Assembly: GCA_041746255.1 (NCBI GenBank)
Contig: JBGTHM010000097.1
Span: 29,302-93,301, forward strand
DNA: 64,000 nucleotides
From: Fibrobacteria bacterium
GTDB taxonomy: Bacteria; Fibrobacterota; Fibrobacteria; UBA11236
Reading direction: 5' to 3'
The notes under the pieces are model-generated. The model made no database searches, had not been told where the DNA came from, and saw nothing but the letters and a program-made list of their open reading frames with translations. This document shows, in pieces, positions 27,514 to 37,992 of this stretch (its first letter is position 1; each line of letters starts with the position of its first letter). Both the position numbers and the translations under genes were made by a program.

Positions 27514-29768
27514 GGGCTTAAGACGGGTTGGAGGGGAGTGGTCTCGATTTTGGGATTGATGGGTATAAAGATAATGGGTTTAGTCGTGTCGTAAATTTCT
27601 TTAACGGCGGTCGCATTCAAAGTGCGATTATAGAAGCGAACTTCGTCAATCGCACCCTTCCAATAGGATCCTCCTAAAAACCCGAGGGTAATATTGGAAA
27701 GATCGCCCGTCAGCGTACCGGTATGGGGCGTACTAGACTGAAGAACACCATTCAAATAAGCGCGAATGGTAATTCCATCATACGTACCGGCAAAGTGAAC
27801 CCAACTTGTAGTGGATACAGCCGCTTTGGCGCTATTGGTGGTCGGTACGCTTATCGCCATTCCCACCGAAGCACCATCCATGAAGATGCCGATGCCGGGC
27901 GTCCGGATGAAGTATCTGAGGCCGGTGGGACTTTCAGGCAACTTGACCCAAAGCGACACCGTGAGATTTTTTCCGGTGGGAAAAGCCGCTTTGCCCAGTG
28001 TGCGGGCGGAATCGTTGATGCCATCGAAATTGAGCGCCCTGGAGGCGGTGCCCCACCTGTCCGCCACGAAAGTCGCTCCGCTTATCGTCAAATGATTGGC
28101 GTTGATACCGGCGTCCAGGCCATTGCCATCGAATTTATACCAGGAAACGGGACCGAGTATGACGGCAACTGAGGCAAGTCCAGTAGCGGACCAGTTACCC
28201 ACCGAATCTCTCTCCTGCACATAGAGTGTGTGCACGCTGTCGGGAAGGTCTTTGGTCGGGGAAAATTCCTTCGCAGTCGTTTCCGTGGCGCCGGTCACGA
28301 GTACCGAATCGTTGAGTTTGTACCGGAAGGTACCGTTTCCGCCACCCCCCGAAGTCCAGGACCATATCGGCCGGGCGATGTTGGTAACGGAGGGGGCCGT
28401 AACCACCGGTTTCGAAGGAGGAATATCGTCGATGCGCGTCAGGTTAAGGGTATAAGTTCGCTTTGCCGTGCCATTTGCGGCGGTTAATTCGATTTCGATC
28501 TTATTCAAACCCATTTGCAAATCAATCGGAGCAGAGGATTCGCCCGGGGAGACGACCGCGCCTTTAACGGTTATGGTGGCGGAGGAATCTCGTGGAGATA
28601 CGGAGATCACGATACGGTTTTTAAGCGACTTCTCCATTGTGCCTGGATTAACAAAAACCGTCGCTTCGGTGATAGTCTCTCCCACCTCCACTTGGTAGGA
28701 CAAAGAATCAGGGTGAAAAGCCGGGGTAGTGGTCTCAGACAATTCCAGCGTATCCAAGGCGGCGTCGTCAGAAAGGCGTAATACGTTTATATCATAATTC
28801 CGGATTTGTCCATTTTCAGCTTTTACTTCAACCTTGATGGGAACCTGGCTTTGGCCCGCAGGTAGCGCAACGATATGGGAGGCGCCCGACTCCACGATGA
28901 TACCGTTAATCTTTAATTCGGCACTGGATTCAGCGACATCGGCGGATACGCCAATTTGACTTTCCGTCAAGGGAAGGATAACCGAATACTTCAGCGTATC
29001 GGGGGAGAACGCCGGTTCCAAAACACCCGAGGATACCTGCAGTCCCACCAAAGCATTGTTCTGGGCAGCATCAAGCCGCACCACTCCCACCTCATACGTC
29101 GAGGATGCCATTTTCTCGGCGGCTACTTCGATGAGCAATACCGTAACTCCCAGGGTCAAGGGCATGGGGTCGCTGTCTTTGTCCGAAGCCAATTCCTTCC
29201 CGTTCAATTTAAGAGTTCTACCGGCGTTGGCTTTCGCTTTTACCGTAGTCGTGCCCGCACCGATGGAAGCTTTACAGGCATAAGACTTGATTGCCGGATT
29301 GAATGCCGGCACCAGATCGCAGGCGGAAATCGACAGAGCAGAAAGGGCCGCAATCTCGGTTTGAGTGGTGTCACCCGGAACCGGAGCGTCCGGATCCTTG
29401 ACCAACACCACGGTGTCGTTTTTACCCGATTTGCCGTCGTAGACTCTGTCTTCGATTTTAACCGCTTCGCCGTTTTTGAATCCTGTAATGACTACGTGGA
29501 TTTTACCGCCATCGTATTCTTGGGCGGGAAGTTTCTTTAGATCGTCAACCGATTCGACCGGCCCATGAAAGAGAGTCTTGATTAGCTTTCCGTCGCCATC
29601 TCTCAACTCCACCCGAAGACTGTCATATTCCAGCCAGGACTCATCAATCCGGACTTCCATAAACGTATCACCCTCGTCGGCGACCCGGCAGGAGGAGATA
29701 AAGGCGACCATCGCAAAGGCCAGGCATATAAGCAGCAGAATCGGATGTTTAATCGATGGGAACGACAT
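27510..29768 (-). CDS. Lipoprotein with three cadherin-like beta-sandwich repeats, an Ig-like domain and a LamG domain
   Basis: FISSC lipobox; repeated L.PAF.P....Y units; WYKFDGN, LTVSLWVK, GAIDEVRFYNRTL. Confidence 0.85.
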   Translation of the reverse strand: MSFPSIKHPILLLICLAFAMVAFISSCRVADEGDTFMEVRIDESWLEYDSLRVELRDGDGKLIKTLFHGPVESVDDLKKLPAQEYDGGKIHVVITGFKNGEAVKIEDRVYDGKSGKNDTVVLVKDPDAPVPGDTTQTEIAALSALSISACDLVPAFNPAIKSYACKASIGAGTTTVKAKANAGRTLKLNGKELASDKDSDPMPLTLGVTVLLIEVAAEKMASSTYEVGVVRLDAAQNNALVGLQVSSGVLEPAFSPDTLKYSVILPLTESQIGVSADVAESSAELKINGIIVESGASHIVALPAGQSQVPIKVEVKAENGQIRNYDINVLRLSDDAALDTLELSETTTPAFHPDSLSYQVEVGETITEATVFVNPGTMEKSLKNRIVISVSPRDSSATITVKGAVVSPGESSAPIDLQMGLNKIEIELTAANGTAKRTYTLNLTRIDDIPPSKPVVTAPSVTNIARPIWSWTSGGGGNGTFRYKLNDSVLVTGATETTAKEFSPTKDLPDSVHTLYVQERDSVGNWSATGLASVAVILGPVSWYKFDGNGLDAGINANHLTISGATFVADRWGTASRALNFDGINDSARTLGKAAFPTGKNLTVSLWVKLPESPTGLRYFIRTPGIGIFMDGASVGMAISVPTTNSAKAAVSTTSWVHFAGTYDGITIRAYLNGVLQSSTPHTGTLTGDLSNITLGFLGGSYWKGAIDEVRFYNRTLNATAVKEIYDTTKPIIFIPINPKIETTPLQPVLSP

Positions 29769-30366
29769 GGATTTTGTCCTCCGGTTCCGGTTCGGTGGAA
29801 AGCAAATAGGCGGTGACTCCGGCGGTTACCAAGGCGGCGCTGCCGGCGATCCAATAATATTTGGCGTTGGAGTTTTTTTCGCTGGTGCCGGGGGTATTAT
29901 CGATGGAGCCGGATGGTTTTTCCGAAGCAGCTTGGGTAGTGGAAACGGGCTTGGGTTCAGGTGCTCCTGAGATTTCGTCGTCCGCAGCCTGGCGAAGCGA
30001 GAACTCCTTGCGAACTCGATCGAATATCCGGTAGATTTCGTCGCTGACATACATATCCACCAATTCGGCCGAAGGCATCATCCGCAAAAGGTCGTGCATA
30101 TACTTTTGACCCAATTCCCGTGTGGCCGGATTGGCGGTGTAGACTACCGAAAGGTGTTTCGCGATAACGATGCTGTCCTGCCGCGAATAACTCGAGTTTG
30201 CTTTCTGGAAATCCTGGATAATCCGAATGACTTCCTCGAAATTTCCTTCATTATATTGCAATCGCAGTTTTTCATGAGGGAGTGCGCCGGAAACCGGTGA
30301 TTGGCATAGAACCGGCGAAAAAAATCCCAGCAGCACCAACATGGTCAATGCAGAAAATCGAACCAT
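29749..30366 (-). CDS. Secreted helical (TPR-like) protein with a C-terminal hydrophobic segment
   Basis: Signal peptide; YNEGNFEEVI...KHLSVVY; linker; YWIAGSAALVTAGVTAYLL. Confidence 0.7.
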   Translation of the reverse strand: MVRFSALTMLVLLGFFSPVLCQSPVSGALPHEKLRLQYNEGNFEEVIRIIQDFQKANSSYSRQDSIVIAKHLSVVYTANPATRELGQKYMHDLLRMMPSAELVDMYVSDEIYRIFDRVRKEFSLRQAADDEISGAPEPKPVSTTQAASEKPSGSIDNTPGTSEKNSNAKYYWIAGSAALVTAGVTAYLLSTEPEPEDKIHVVPID

Positions 30367-30512
30367 CGTAACCCTTTCGTGGTTAGGCCAAAATCTAGAT
30401 TGTCTTCCTTACCTTCACAATGCCGCCCCAGGGTTTATCCCACTGAAGCCCCTAAAATGATTAATTTTCTAAGAAAAACGGCCTTCTCAAGATTCTCTAA
30501 TACAAAGGGAAG

Positions 30513-31259
30513 ATGTTTCCTTTAAAGGACGAAAACCCTACTCTCAATCCTTCGCTGACCACCTTTACCCTCATCGGGTTGAATATAGGGGCATGGGTGT
30601 TCTTGCAAGGTCTGGGAACCGAGGCCTCGCTGGCCAGTAGCGTATGTGAATACGGTGCCATTCCCGGTGAATTGTTAGGCACCGTGCAAAGCGGCACCCA
30701 AGTTCCCATTTCGGAGCGATACGCCTGCATTATCGAACCTGATCCCAAATGGCATACGCTGATAACCTCCATGTTCATGCATGGAGGATGGTTTCATATC
30801 ATCAGCAACATGTGGTTCCTTTTTATTTTCGGCGACAATGTCGAGGATTCGATGGGCCGTTTTCGTTTCCTGATTTTCTACCTACTCTGCGGATTGGCCG
30901 CCGTGGGCGCACAAATCCTTTTCAGCATGAACAGTCCATTGCCCATGGTGGGTGCTTCCGGAGCGATTGGAGGCGTGCTGGGAGGCTATCTGATACTCTA
31001 TCCACGCACTCCTGTTCACCTGTTGGTTTTCCTGGGTTTCTATATCACGCGCATTGCCGTACCCGCTTATGTCATGCTGGGCTATTGGTTTTTGCTACAG
31101 GTGATAGGAGCCGTTCCCACCGTGGGCGGGGAAACGGGAGGCGTGGCCTTTTGGGCACATATCGGAGGCTTTCTCGCGGGTGTAGTCCTTATATTTCCGT
31201 TTCGAAACCGTGAACGCATCGAAAGGCATCGCCGGAGCGTTGGGCCTACGGAGTGGTGA
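30513..31259 (+). CDS. Rhomboid intramembrane serine protease
   Basis: SMFMHGGWFHIISNM, GDNVED, GASGAI, AHIGG. Confidence 0.95.
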   Translation: MFPLKDENPTLNPSLTTFTLIGLNIGAWVFLQGLGTEASLASSVCEYGAIPGELLGTVQSGTQVPISERYACIIEPDPKWHTLITSMFMHGGWFHIISNMWFLFIFGDNVEDSMGRFRFLIFYLLCGLAAVGAQILFSMNSPLPMVGASGAIGGVLGGYLILYPRTPVHLLVFLGFYITRIAVPAYVMLGYWFLLQVIGAVPTVGGETGGVAFWAHIGGFLAGVVLIFPFRNRERIERHRRSVGPTEW

Positions 31260-32376
31260 TTTTCCGTTCCGAATCGAATACCGGAGACTGCTTCCGGTGT
31301 GGCCCCATTTCCTCCGCCAAATAGCCCTCCAGGGTTTCCGCGCGTCCGGCCACGGTATGGTCCCGGACCGCCCTGGCGCGGGCCCGTTCCCCGATTTCCC
31401 GCCTTTGCGTTTCCCCCATGCCGTCGAGATATTCCAGGACTTCCTCGGCATCCCTGGCTACTATGATTTCCTCTCCGATGGAGAAGAATTCGTCGAGTCC
31501 CTCCCACCCGTCCGAAATGATGGGAACCCCGCAGGCCGCAGCCTCGAAAAGCCGGATGCCGGGAGAGTAACCTGTCTGTTTCCTAGGCTCCCGGGAAACG
31601 TTCACCGCGAACCTGAGGGAGTTATAAAATCGATTCTGGGCTTCGGGTGGAAGGCTATCGATTCGTTCCACATTCTTGGGCCAAGGCAAATCCGCGGGGT
31701 ATTGCGAGCCGGCTACAACCATCGAGAAGGAAGACCGCCGGCGCGCAGGTTCCACCAGTAACGTCTCCAACCTGGATTTACGGTCTTCGGCGTAATTCCC
31801 CCAATAACCCAGATCCCATCGCCATGCGGCCGGGTCGGGGTAATAGATATCCGGGTCGAAGCCGCAATAGAGCGGGCGTGCACGCGGGGATCCCATTTTG
31901 GTTTCCAGATAATCAAGAGTGGGGCCGCCCGTGACGGAAAGGTAAAGGGAAAATTCGCAAATCATGTAGGGATCTAAGTATTCGCAATCCCGACCCGCCA
32001 AGTGGGACAAAGTCGCGGAAGTATCGCTATCGTAAAAAGCCGTTACCCCTTTCGCCGTTTTCAGGACCCATGCCCCGACCGCAATTCCCTCGGGAACGAA
32101 CGAACCCACGATGACGGCATCTGCTCCGGCCACTTCGTCGGTAAAGCGCTCCCGTAAATCCTCCAAGCTTGCATAACGCTCCGCCTTCCCGGAGGGAGTA
32201 TTCGATAGGTCTTGGCTTGCCGCATACCCGGGATTGTCCCTCTCCAGATAAAGTATCTGGTGGCCGCGAGCGCACAAGCTCCGGATCAATCCCCGATAAT
32301 AAGTAACATGTCCGTTACCCAAGCGAGAGGTGAGGCTGAATCCCAGGATAACGATGTTCATCGGCTCCGGATTCAT
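31246..32376 (-). CDS. CgeB/YkvP-like glycosyltransferase
   Basis: GNGHVTYYRGL, YLERD, RLFEAAACGVPIISD, HTVAGRA; ATGA overlap with the upstream GT. Confidence 0.85.
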   Translation of the reverse strand: MNPEPMNIVILGFSLTSRLGNGHVTYYRGLIRSLCARGHQILYLERDNPGYAASQDLSNTPSGKAERYASLEDLRERFTDEVAGADAVIVGSFVPEGIAVGAWVLKTAKGVTAFYDSDTSATLSHLAGRDCEYLDPYMICEFSLYLSVTGGPTLDYLETKMGSPRARPLYCGFDPDIYYPDPAAWRWDLGYWGNYAEDRKSRLETLLVEPARRRSSFSMVVAGSQYPADLPWPKNVERIDSLPPEAQNRFYNSLRFAVNVSREPRKQTGYSPGIRLFEAAACGVPIISDGWEGLDEFFSIGEEIIVARDAEEVLEYLDGMGETQRREIGERARARAVRDHTVAGRAETLEGYLAEEMGPHRKQSPVFDSERKITTP

Positions 32377-33476
32377 GAAATCACCTCTTCGGTCTGTCGG
32401 CTTTTCCGTATATTTCGGCATAGCGACGTGTATTCGGTGAGATAGGCCGACGCCATGTTGGCGGAATTGAAACAGCATGCTCTCTTTCGCGCCCGCGCAC
32501 CGAAGTGGATGCGCATTTCGTTTTCAGCCATCACACTTGCGATCGTATCGCGAAAGGCCTGAGGATCGCGCGGATTGGCATATAAGGCCGCATCCCCCCA
32601 TACTTCACGCAACCCGGGAATATCTCCCAAAACCAGTGCGCAACCCGATAAGGCCGCTTCGAGAATCGACAGTCCGAATGGTTCGTATAAAGCCGGAAAG
32701 GCGCAAATGGCCGCACGGGAAAATTGGTCGCGCATGTCCCGATGCGATAGCCAACCGAGGTATTCCACTTTGGAGTGGTAGTCGGCTGTTTCGTCCACCA
32801 AACCCTCCTCCCCGGCCAGCTTCACTTTCCAGGGGAGCCCTTCAGAGGCTTTTTCCAGGCAAGTGAAGTTTTCCGCGGGATCCCATATCCGTCCCGCCGA
32901 TAGAACGAATGGCTCTTTGATGCCGGGAGTGTATGCAACCGGATCGCGCCCATGGGGGATCACGCCGGCGCGCGGAAGAAATCCATAGTAATAAGCCAGC
33001 GCCTTGAGCATCCACAGCGTCGGCGCGATTACGGAGTCGGCTCCGGCAAGACCTCTCACCACCTCCAACCGATAACGGAACCATTCCCTGGGCGCATCGC
33101 AGCCATGCACGGCCCGCCACCAGGAGAGCACGCACGAATGACCGACCACAAGAACCGGTGCTTTCCACGCCAGTTTTCCCTGCACGAAATTGTTCAAATG
33201 CACGATGTCGGGACGGTACTCCTCCTCCAAATGCAGGAGCCACTGATCGGCGTTTTCCACATCATTCCAGGGATGGTCCATCCACTCCAACTTATAATCG
33301 CTTTCACGAATCTCCAGTCCCTTGAGACGCGCGGCCTCCTGACTTTGCCGTAAGGAAAGGGGCCTGCCCATGGTGGCCAACACCACCTCCGTATCTCGCA
33401 ACCCCAATCCCCGGATCAACTCCATGGCGTATGGCCATACGCCTCCGACGGTATCGGCCGTCATGAGCACCCTCAT
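32373..33476 (-). CDS. GT4 glycosyltransferase
   Basis: MTADTVGGVW, HSCVLSWW, YEPFGLSILEAA. Confidence 0.9.
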   Translation of the reverse strand: MRVLMTADTVGGVWPYAMELIRGLGLRDTEVVLATMGRPLSLRQSQEAARLKGLEIRESDYKLEWMDHPWNDVENADQWLLHLEEEYRPDIVHLNNFVQGKLAWKAPVLVVGHSCVLSWWRAVHGCDAPREWFRYRLEVVRGLAGADSVIAPTLWMLKALAYYYGFLPRAGVIPHGRDPVAYTPGIKEPFVLSAGRIWDPAENFTCLEKASEGLPWKVKLAGEEGLVDETADYHSKVEYLGWLSHRDMRDQFSRAAICAFPALYEPFGLSILEAALSGCALVLGDIPGLREVWGDAALYANPRDPQAFRDTIASVMAENEMRIHFGARARKRACCFNSANMASAYLTEYTSLCRNIRKSRQTEEVIS

Positions 33477-33564
33477 GAAAGAAAATTCTCCGAGCAGACA
33501 CATCCCTTCATTCCGAGACCTCCCATTCCCTCTCGTAGTCTTTCTTTAATCTTCCTCCCAACCA

Positions 33565-34653
33565 CTAAACGGAATATTGGATGTAAGCCTTCATGAATCC
33601 ATCAGGCCTGTCCCGGGTCGCATCCAAAGCTTCTCCCAACCGCTCCAGCGGATAGCGATGCGTCAAGAGACTGAAAGGATCCAGGCGGCCGGCCGCCACC
33701 GCCGCCGTAGCTTGACGCATTCCGTTGACGTAGATTTTTTCATCACGTTCATGAGCGTTGATTACCTCGAATCCGCGTCGATTCCACATTTGCATATTGA
33801 CCAGGCGGACCCCATCCTGGTGGTATCCGGCGATTACGAGGCGTCCCCTTGCACCCGTCAACTCGGCCGCCAGACTAAGCGTGTTTTGCTGTCCCGCGGC
33901 TTCGAAAGTCACATCGCATAACCGGCTTCCTGAGTCTTTTTTTATTTTTTCGATGATTTCGACGGGATTTTCGTAGGAAAAGGTTTCCGCCGCCCCCATG
34001 CGTAGGGCTATTTTCCGGGCGAAAGCGCGGCGGGTTACGGCGATCACGCGTGCGCCCGATCCGACCGCCAACTGTATTAACAACGCGCCTAAAAATCCTA
34101 CTCCTATGACGGCCACGGTATGCCCGGGACGGATTCCGCTCCGCGAAAAAACATTCATGGCACAGCCCAGAGCTTCCCCTGGAAACGGATGATCCTGTAG
34201 ATGCTCCGGCAGCTTCACCAGGTTCCGTGCGGGCGCCATATCGTATTGCGCATACGCATGTTGCGAGAGTAGCGCCACCCTTTCGCCCGGTAGGAATCCC
34301 GCCGCGCCCGGCCCCAGCGATTCAACTATCCCCCAACCTTCATGACCCAAGGCGCCCGGCCCCAAGGGATATCGAAACCGCGATTTACCCTGCCAGGGCC
34401 CTAGATTGGATGCACAAACCCCGCAACCTTGCAGCCGCACGAGCACTTGACCAACACCGGGGCGGGGAATGGCTACCCGTTTGAACGAAAATTTTCCCGG
34501 CTTACACAAAACCGCTGCGACCATCATCCGACGTCGACGTCTGGTCACGGGGGACGTCACTTCCGAAGGCTTACGGATGGATCCGAATCCCGTTGCGAAA
34601 GAAGCAGCGGGAGAGACCACTTTCTCCCGGATTTCCGTGATTTTAGTCATCAT
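33565..34653 (-). CDS. Zinc-binding medium-chain dehydrogenase
   Basis: GCGVCASN, GHEGWG, GVGFLG; lacks the structural-zinc Cys4 loop. Confidence 0.9.
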   Translation of the reverse strand: MMTKITEIREKVVSPAASFATGFGSIRKPSEVTSPVTRRRRRMMVAAVLCKPGKFSFKRVAIPRPGVGQVLVRLQGCGVCASNLGPWQGKSRFRYPLGPGALGHEGWGIVESLGPGAAGFLPGERVALLSQHAYAQYDMAPARNLVKLPEHLQDHPFPGEALGCAMNVFSRSGIRPGHTVAVIGVGFLGALLIQLAVGSGARVIAVTRRAFARKIALRMGAAETFSYENPVEIIEKIKKDSGSRLCDVTFEAAGQQNTLSLAAELTGARGRLVIAGYHQDGVRLVNMQMWNRRGFEVINAHERDEKIYVNGMRQATAAVAAGRLDPFSLLTHRYPLERLGEALDATRDRPDGFMKAYIQYSV

Positions 34654-34820
34654 ACCACCGCCTGTGTGGGAAAATTCGACTATATGGTTTTTTCTGCGGA
34701 TCAATCCGCCATGACAGCAAAATAAAAGACCCCTTATGCCGGCCGCAAGGAAAAAGCAACCGCGGCAAGACCGCACCCGCCTAAGGGTACGCACAAATTC
34801 TGGCGGTATGCGGATTCGGG

Positions 34821-37800
34821 TTACCGCAAAAGGGCCTTGCTGGGAGTAGGTTCCGCAAGCAGGGGAGTCAGGGCGGGCGAAAGCTGCCGAATTATTTCGA
34901 CGGGAAGCGAGCTGGTAAAGGAATATTCTGCGGCCTTTTCACCTTGCACGTGGGCCGTGACCGTGCCGAAAAATCTTTCTCCCAAAAAGAAGACGAAGGT
35001 CGCGGTGCGATTCACCACCCTCGATTCGAGTACCTGGCCGCCTCTTCCATAGGTTTCGTAGCGTTGATCGCCCGTTCCCGTCTTACCCCCCAGCGCCAGA
35101 AAAGTTCCGTCGGGAAGGGGAAACGCCTTGGCGGCGCGAATGGCCGTCCCCTGTTGAACCACGCGCTGCAAGGATTCCAGCGCGACCCGTGCAACTTCGG
35201 CAGGGAGCTTTCGCTCTCCCTCCGATTCCTGTCTGCGGACCAGGGTTTCGTAGGGCGTGTTTTCCGCGAAATGCAGCTTGCTGATGAGAATGGAAGGATA
35301 GTGGACTCCTTCGTTGAGAAGAATACCCACCAGTTCCGCCAGCGAGTTGGGCCTGTCTGCGGAGGAACCGATTGACGTTGCGTAGGAGGGAACCAACGAT
35401 CCGAAGGAATAACCCGTGCGTTGCCAGGCCTTATGGATCTCCAGGAACGCCTCCACTTCAAGAATTCCGCGTATGCGCAAGTCTTGGGCATGCTTGCGTT
35501 TGGTTCGGAAAAGCCATTGGTAAACCGCCTGCACTTCCCTATTGCTGGATTCCTTGACATCGCTCCACGTAGCCTTGGGATGGCGCTTCAAATAAGCCAC
35601 GGTCCAAATTTCCAAAGGATGCACACCGGCGAGATAACCCCTATCCGCTAAATTGTGGTCCGCCACCAGAAGTTGGGTATGCAAACGCTCCACATCGGCG
35701 CGGGGCAACGACTTGTCTCCCGTGCGTTCGCGCAAGAAGGCCGTCAATTGGTCGACGTCGGCGCGGGGATGAACCGAGAGGTAGGCAACGGAAAGGGGTG
35801 TAGGCGAAGCCCTTACGCTGTGGAGCAGCAAGTCGAGCGCGGCACTGTCGCTCTTGCCGCGGTACTTGCTGAAAAAATTCCACAGAAACACCTGTCCTTC
35901 CTTTTCTGCGAACTTGCTCAAATAGCTCTGCCTTTGCGGCGAATCCAGCGAATCCAGGAAGAGAGCGGTGGATCCCGGAATCTGGAACATGTAATAGTTC
36001 ACGATATCGCGCATTAGGCGGATGAATACCAGATTGTTCGACCGCTGCATGGCTTCCCATACCGTCAACTGTTTCCTATCGTCGTTGGTGTTGAAATTCG
36101 AAAAGGTATGCAAGCCTCCGCCCGTGAAAAAACGCTCCGCCGGGTTGGCGGAGTAGGTACGGTCCATCGCGGCACGCAGCATCGTTTCCAGCGACTTGTC
36201 CTCGACGGTCAGCATGTGGTTCTTCGCCCAGCGGGTCAGATGATCGTTGGGGGTCACGGAAACCGATTGGATTTCCACAGGCGTTTTCTCAGAGAGTTGC
36301 GTATGCAGTCGCGAGATAATCTCCAAATAGTTGACCAGGGTTCGCAGCTTGGCCGTGGACCCCAGGTCCAATTTCACACCCTCGTTGATGTTGAGCGGCT
36401 GGTCGTAATTATCGGCTTGAACCCGGATAAGATTCCGGTTGCCGACCCGTTCGTAAAGTGTGAAGCTGTAAATGACCTTGGCGGGATCGCCCTTATCAAG
36501 CAGACGAAACCCGCGTAAACCCAGGGAATCCAGATACGTAGTATCGGCCAAATTTCTGAAAAAACGAACGACGCCTTCCTGCGCGCGCCTGTCCAGCGTA
36601 CTTTCCACCGTTAAGTCGACCCTATCGAGATCATATAGCCCAGGAATTTGCAAAAGCGTGGTTAGACGCGAACGAATGGCGTTGGCCGCCTTCCGCTCTA
36701 CAAAGGCCACCGGTGAAAACGCGACCGCCCGACGCATCAGTTCCGGCCGTGCTTGCAGGGCTGCGTCGCGAAGTTGGGGTGAAATCACGCCCTCGCGGCC
36801 CAGCAGGCGGAGATGGGCATCGGTGATGGGGTGTAAGGCATTGGGGTTTCCCACCAGGTAAGCTGTGGGGCGGCGATGCGCGATAAAAAGACTGAGTACC
36901 TGACGGTAGGCATTTCCCATCGCCTGCATATCCACTCCCGTATCCACCAGGGCGGAGTCCATCCGTCCCGCCTCGGGATAGCTCAGCCGCCGCGCCACGC
37001 TATCCAGCGAGCTTCCGTACCAGGCGAGCAGTCCATCCCCCAGGCCATTGACTTCTCCATAACCGGGCAAAGCCGCCAATGGAACGGTATTGATATAGTC
37101 GAGCAGGACCTGGCGACGGGTATCCAGGGTATGCATTCCATTCCGGTAGGCACGCAGGCTGGAAGAAGCCATTTGTTCGATTTTTTGCCGAGGGCCCACG
37201 GTGCGCCCTTCTTCGGAATGCCGGTATTTTTCCAGTTGGGTGGCCAGGGTGCTTCCGCCCGCCACATCGGTCGGTATTCCCACCATGCGTTTTCCCATGT
37301 TAAGCATCGCCATTCCGAATCGCGTCCATTCCACGCTGGGATTTTTATACGGTTTAGCGGGATCCAGCAGACTTCGGTTTTCAATGAAAAGAAGGGTGTT
37401 CGCCACTTCGTGGGGAATGTCGTCGAAGGAGGGAAAAACCTTCATGGGATAATTGATATGGAAAAGCACCAATCCATTCCGGTCGTGAATCCGCAAACCC
37501 GCCTGCGTCTTTTCCGGATAAATGGTATAAACCCCTTTATCGAACAACTCGACCATTCGAGGTGAGAAACGACTTTGGCTTTCGATTTGGAAACTGTTGC
37601 GGAGCAAAGACTCGGTGTAGGAAGGGATATTGGTGTATCCGCGGCGGATATCCGAAGGCCCTTTTTCGGGAAACCGGATGGAGGAACTCGCGCCGGGACC
37701 TACGGTATAATGGATTTTTCGCGTCTGCTCGCTGAAGAAATAGGCTTGTATACGCGAAGTCGTCGCTTCAAATACCGCTAACCCGGCCACTGCAACAAAC

Positions 37801-37871
37801 AGCAATAGCCCGAAAAGCATGAGATAGAAAAACGAATTCCGGGGAGCGATTTTACCAACCTGCGACGGCAT
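34821..37871 (-). CDS. Large class A-type penicillin-binding protein (GT51 transglycosylase plus transpeptidase)
   Basis: N-terminal TM; IENR, GGSTLATQLEK, YIN; SxxK (STAK), SxN (SNN), KTG (GKTGT). Confidence 0.87.
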   Translation of the reverse strand: MPSQVGKIAPRNSFFYLMLFGLLLFVAVAGLAVFEATTSRIQAYFFSEQTRKIHYTVGPGASSSIRFPEKGPSDIRRGYTNIPSYTESLLRNSFQIESQSRFSPRMVELFDKGVYTIYPEKTQAGLRIHDRNGLVLFHINYPMKVFPSFDDIPHEVANTLLFIENRSLLDPAKPYKNPSVEWTRFGMAMLNMGKRMVGIPTDVAGGSTLATQLEKYRHSEEGRTVGPRQKIEQMASSSLRAYRNGMHTLDTRRQVLLDYINTVPLAALPGYGEVNGLGDGLLAWYGSSLDSVARRLSYPEAGRMDSALVDTGVDMQAMGNAYRQVLSLFIAHRRPTAYLVGNPNALHPITDAHLRLLGREGVISPQLRDAALQARPELMRRAVAFSPVAFVERKAANAIRSRLTTLLQIPGLYDLDRVDLTVESTLDRRAQEGVVRFFRNLADTTYLDSLGLRGFRLLDKGDPAKVIYSFTLYERVGNRNLIRVQADNYDQPLNINEGVKLDLGSTAKLRTLVNYLEIISRLHTQLSEKTPVEIQSVSVTPNDHLTRWAKNHMLTVEDKSLETMLRAAMDRTYSANPAERFFTGGGLHTFSNFNTNDDRKQLTVWEAMQRSNNLVFIRLMRDIVNYYMFQIPGSTALFLDSLDSPQRQSYLSKFAEKEGQVFLWNFFSKYRGKSDSAALDLLLHSVRASPTPLSVAYLSVHPRADVDQLTAFLRERTGDKSLPRADVERLHTQLLVADHNLADRGYLAGVHPLEIWTVAYLKRHPKATWSDVKESSNREVQAVYQWLFRTKRKHAQDLRIRGILEVEAFLEIHKAWQRTGYSFGSLVPSYATSIGSSADRPNSLAELVGILLNEGVHYPSILISKLHFAENTPYETLVRRQESEGERKLPAEVARVALESLQRVVQQGTAIRAAKAFPLPDGTFLALGGKTGTGDQRYETYGRGGQVLESRVVNRTATFVFFLGERFFGTVTAHVQGEKAAEYSFTSSLPVEIIRQLSPALTPLLAEPTPSKALLR

Positions 37872-37992
37872 TAGGTTCTGTCAAAATATACATCTTTCCA
37901 TTCGCCGCGCTACACCCAAGAGGGTAGTTCGGATCCCACACGTGGGCTAAACGGTACATGTATATTGTAACATTGCGAAACCAAGAGGAAGT

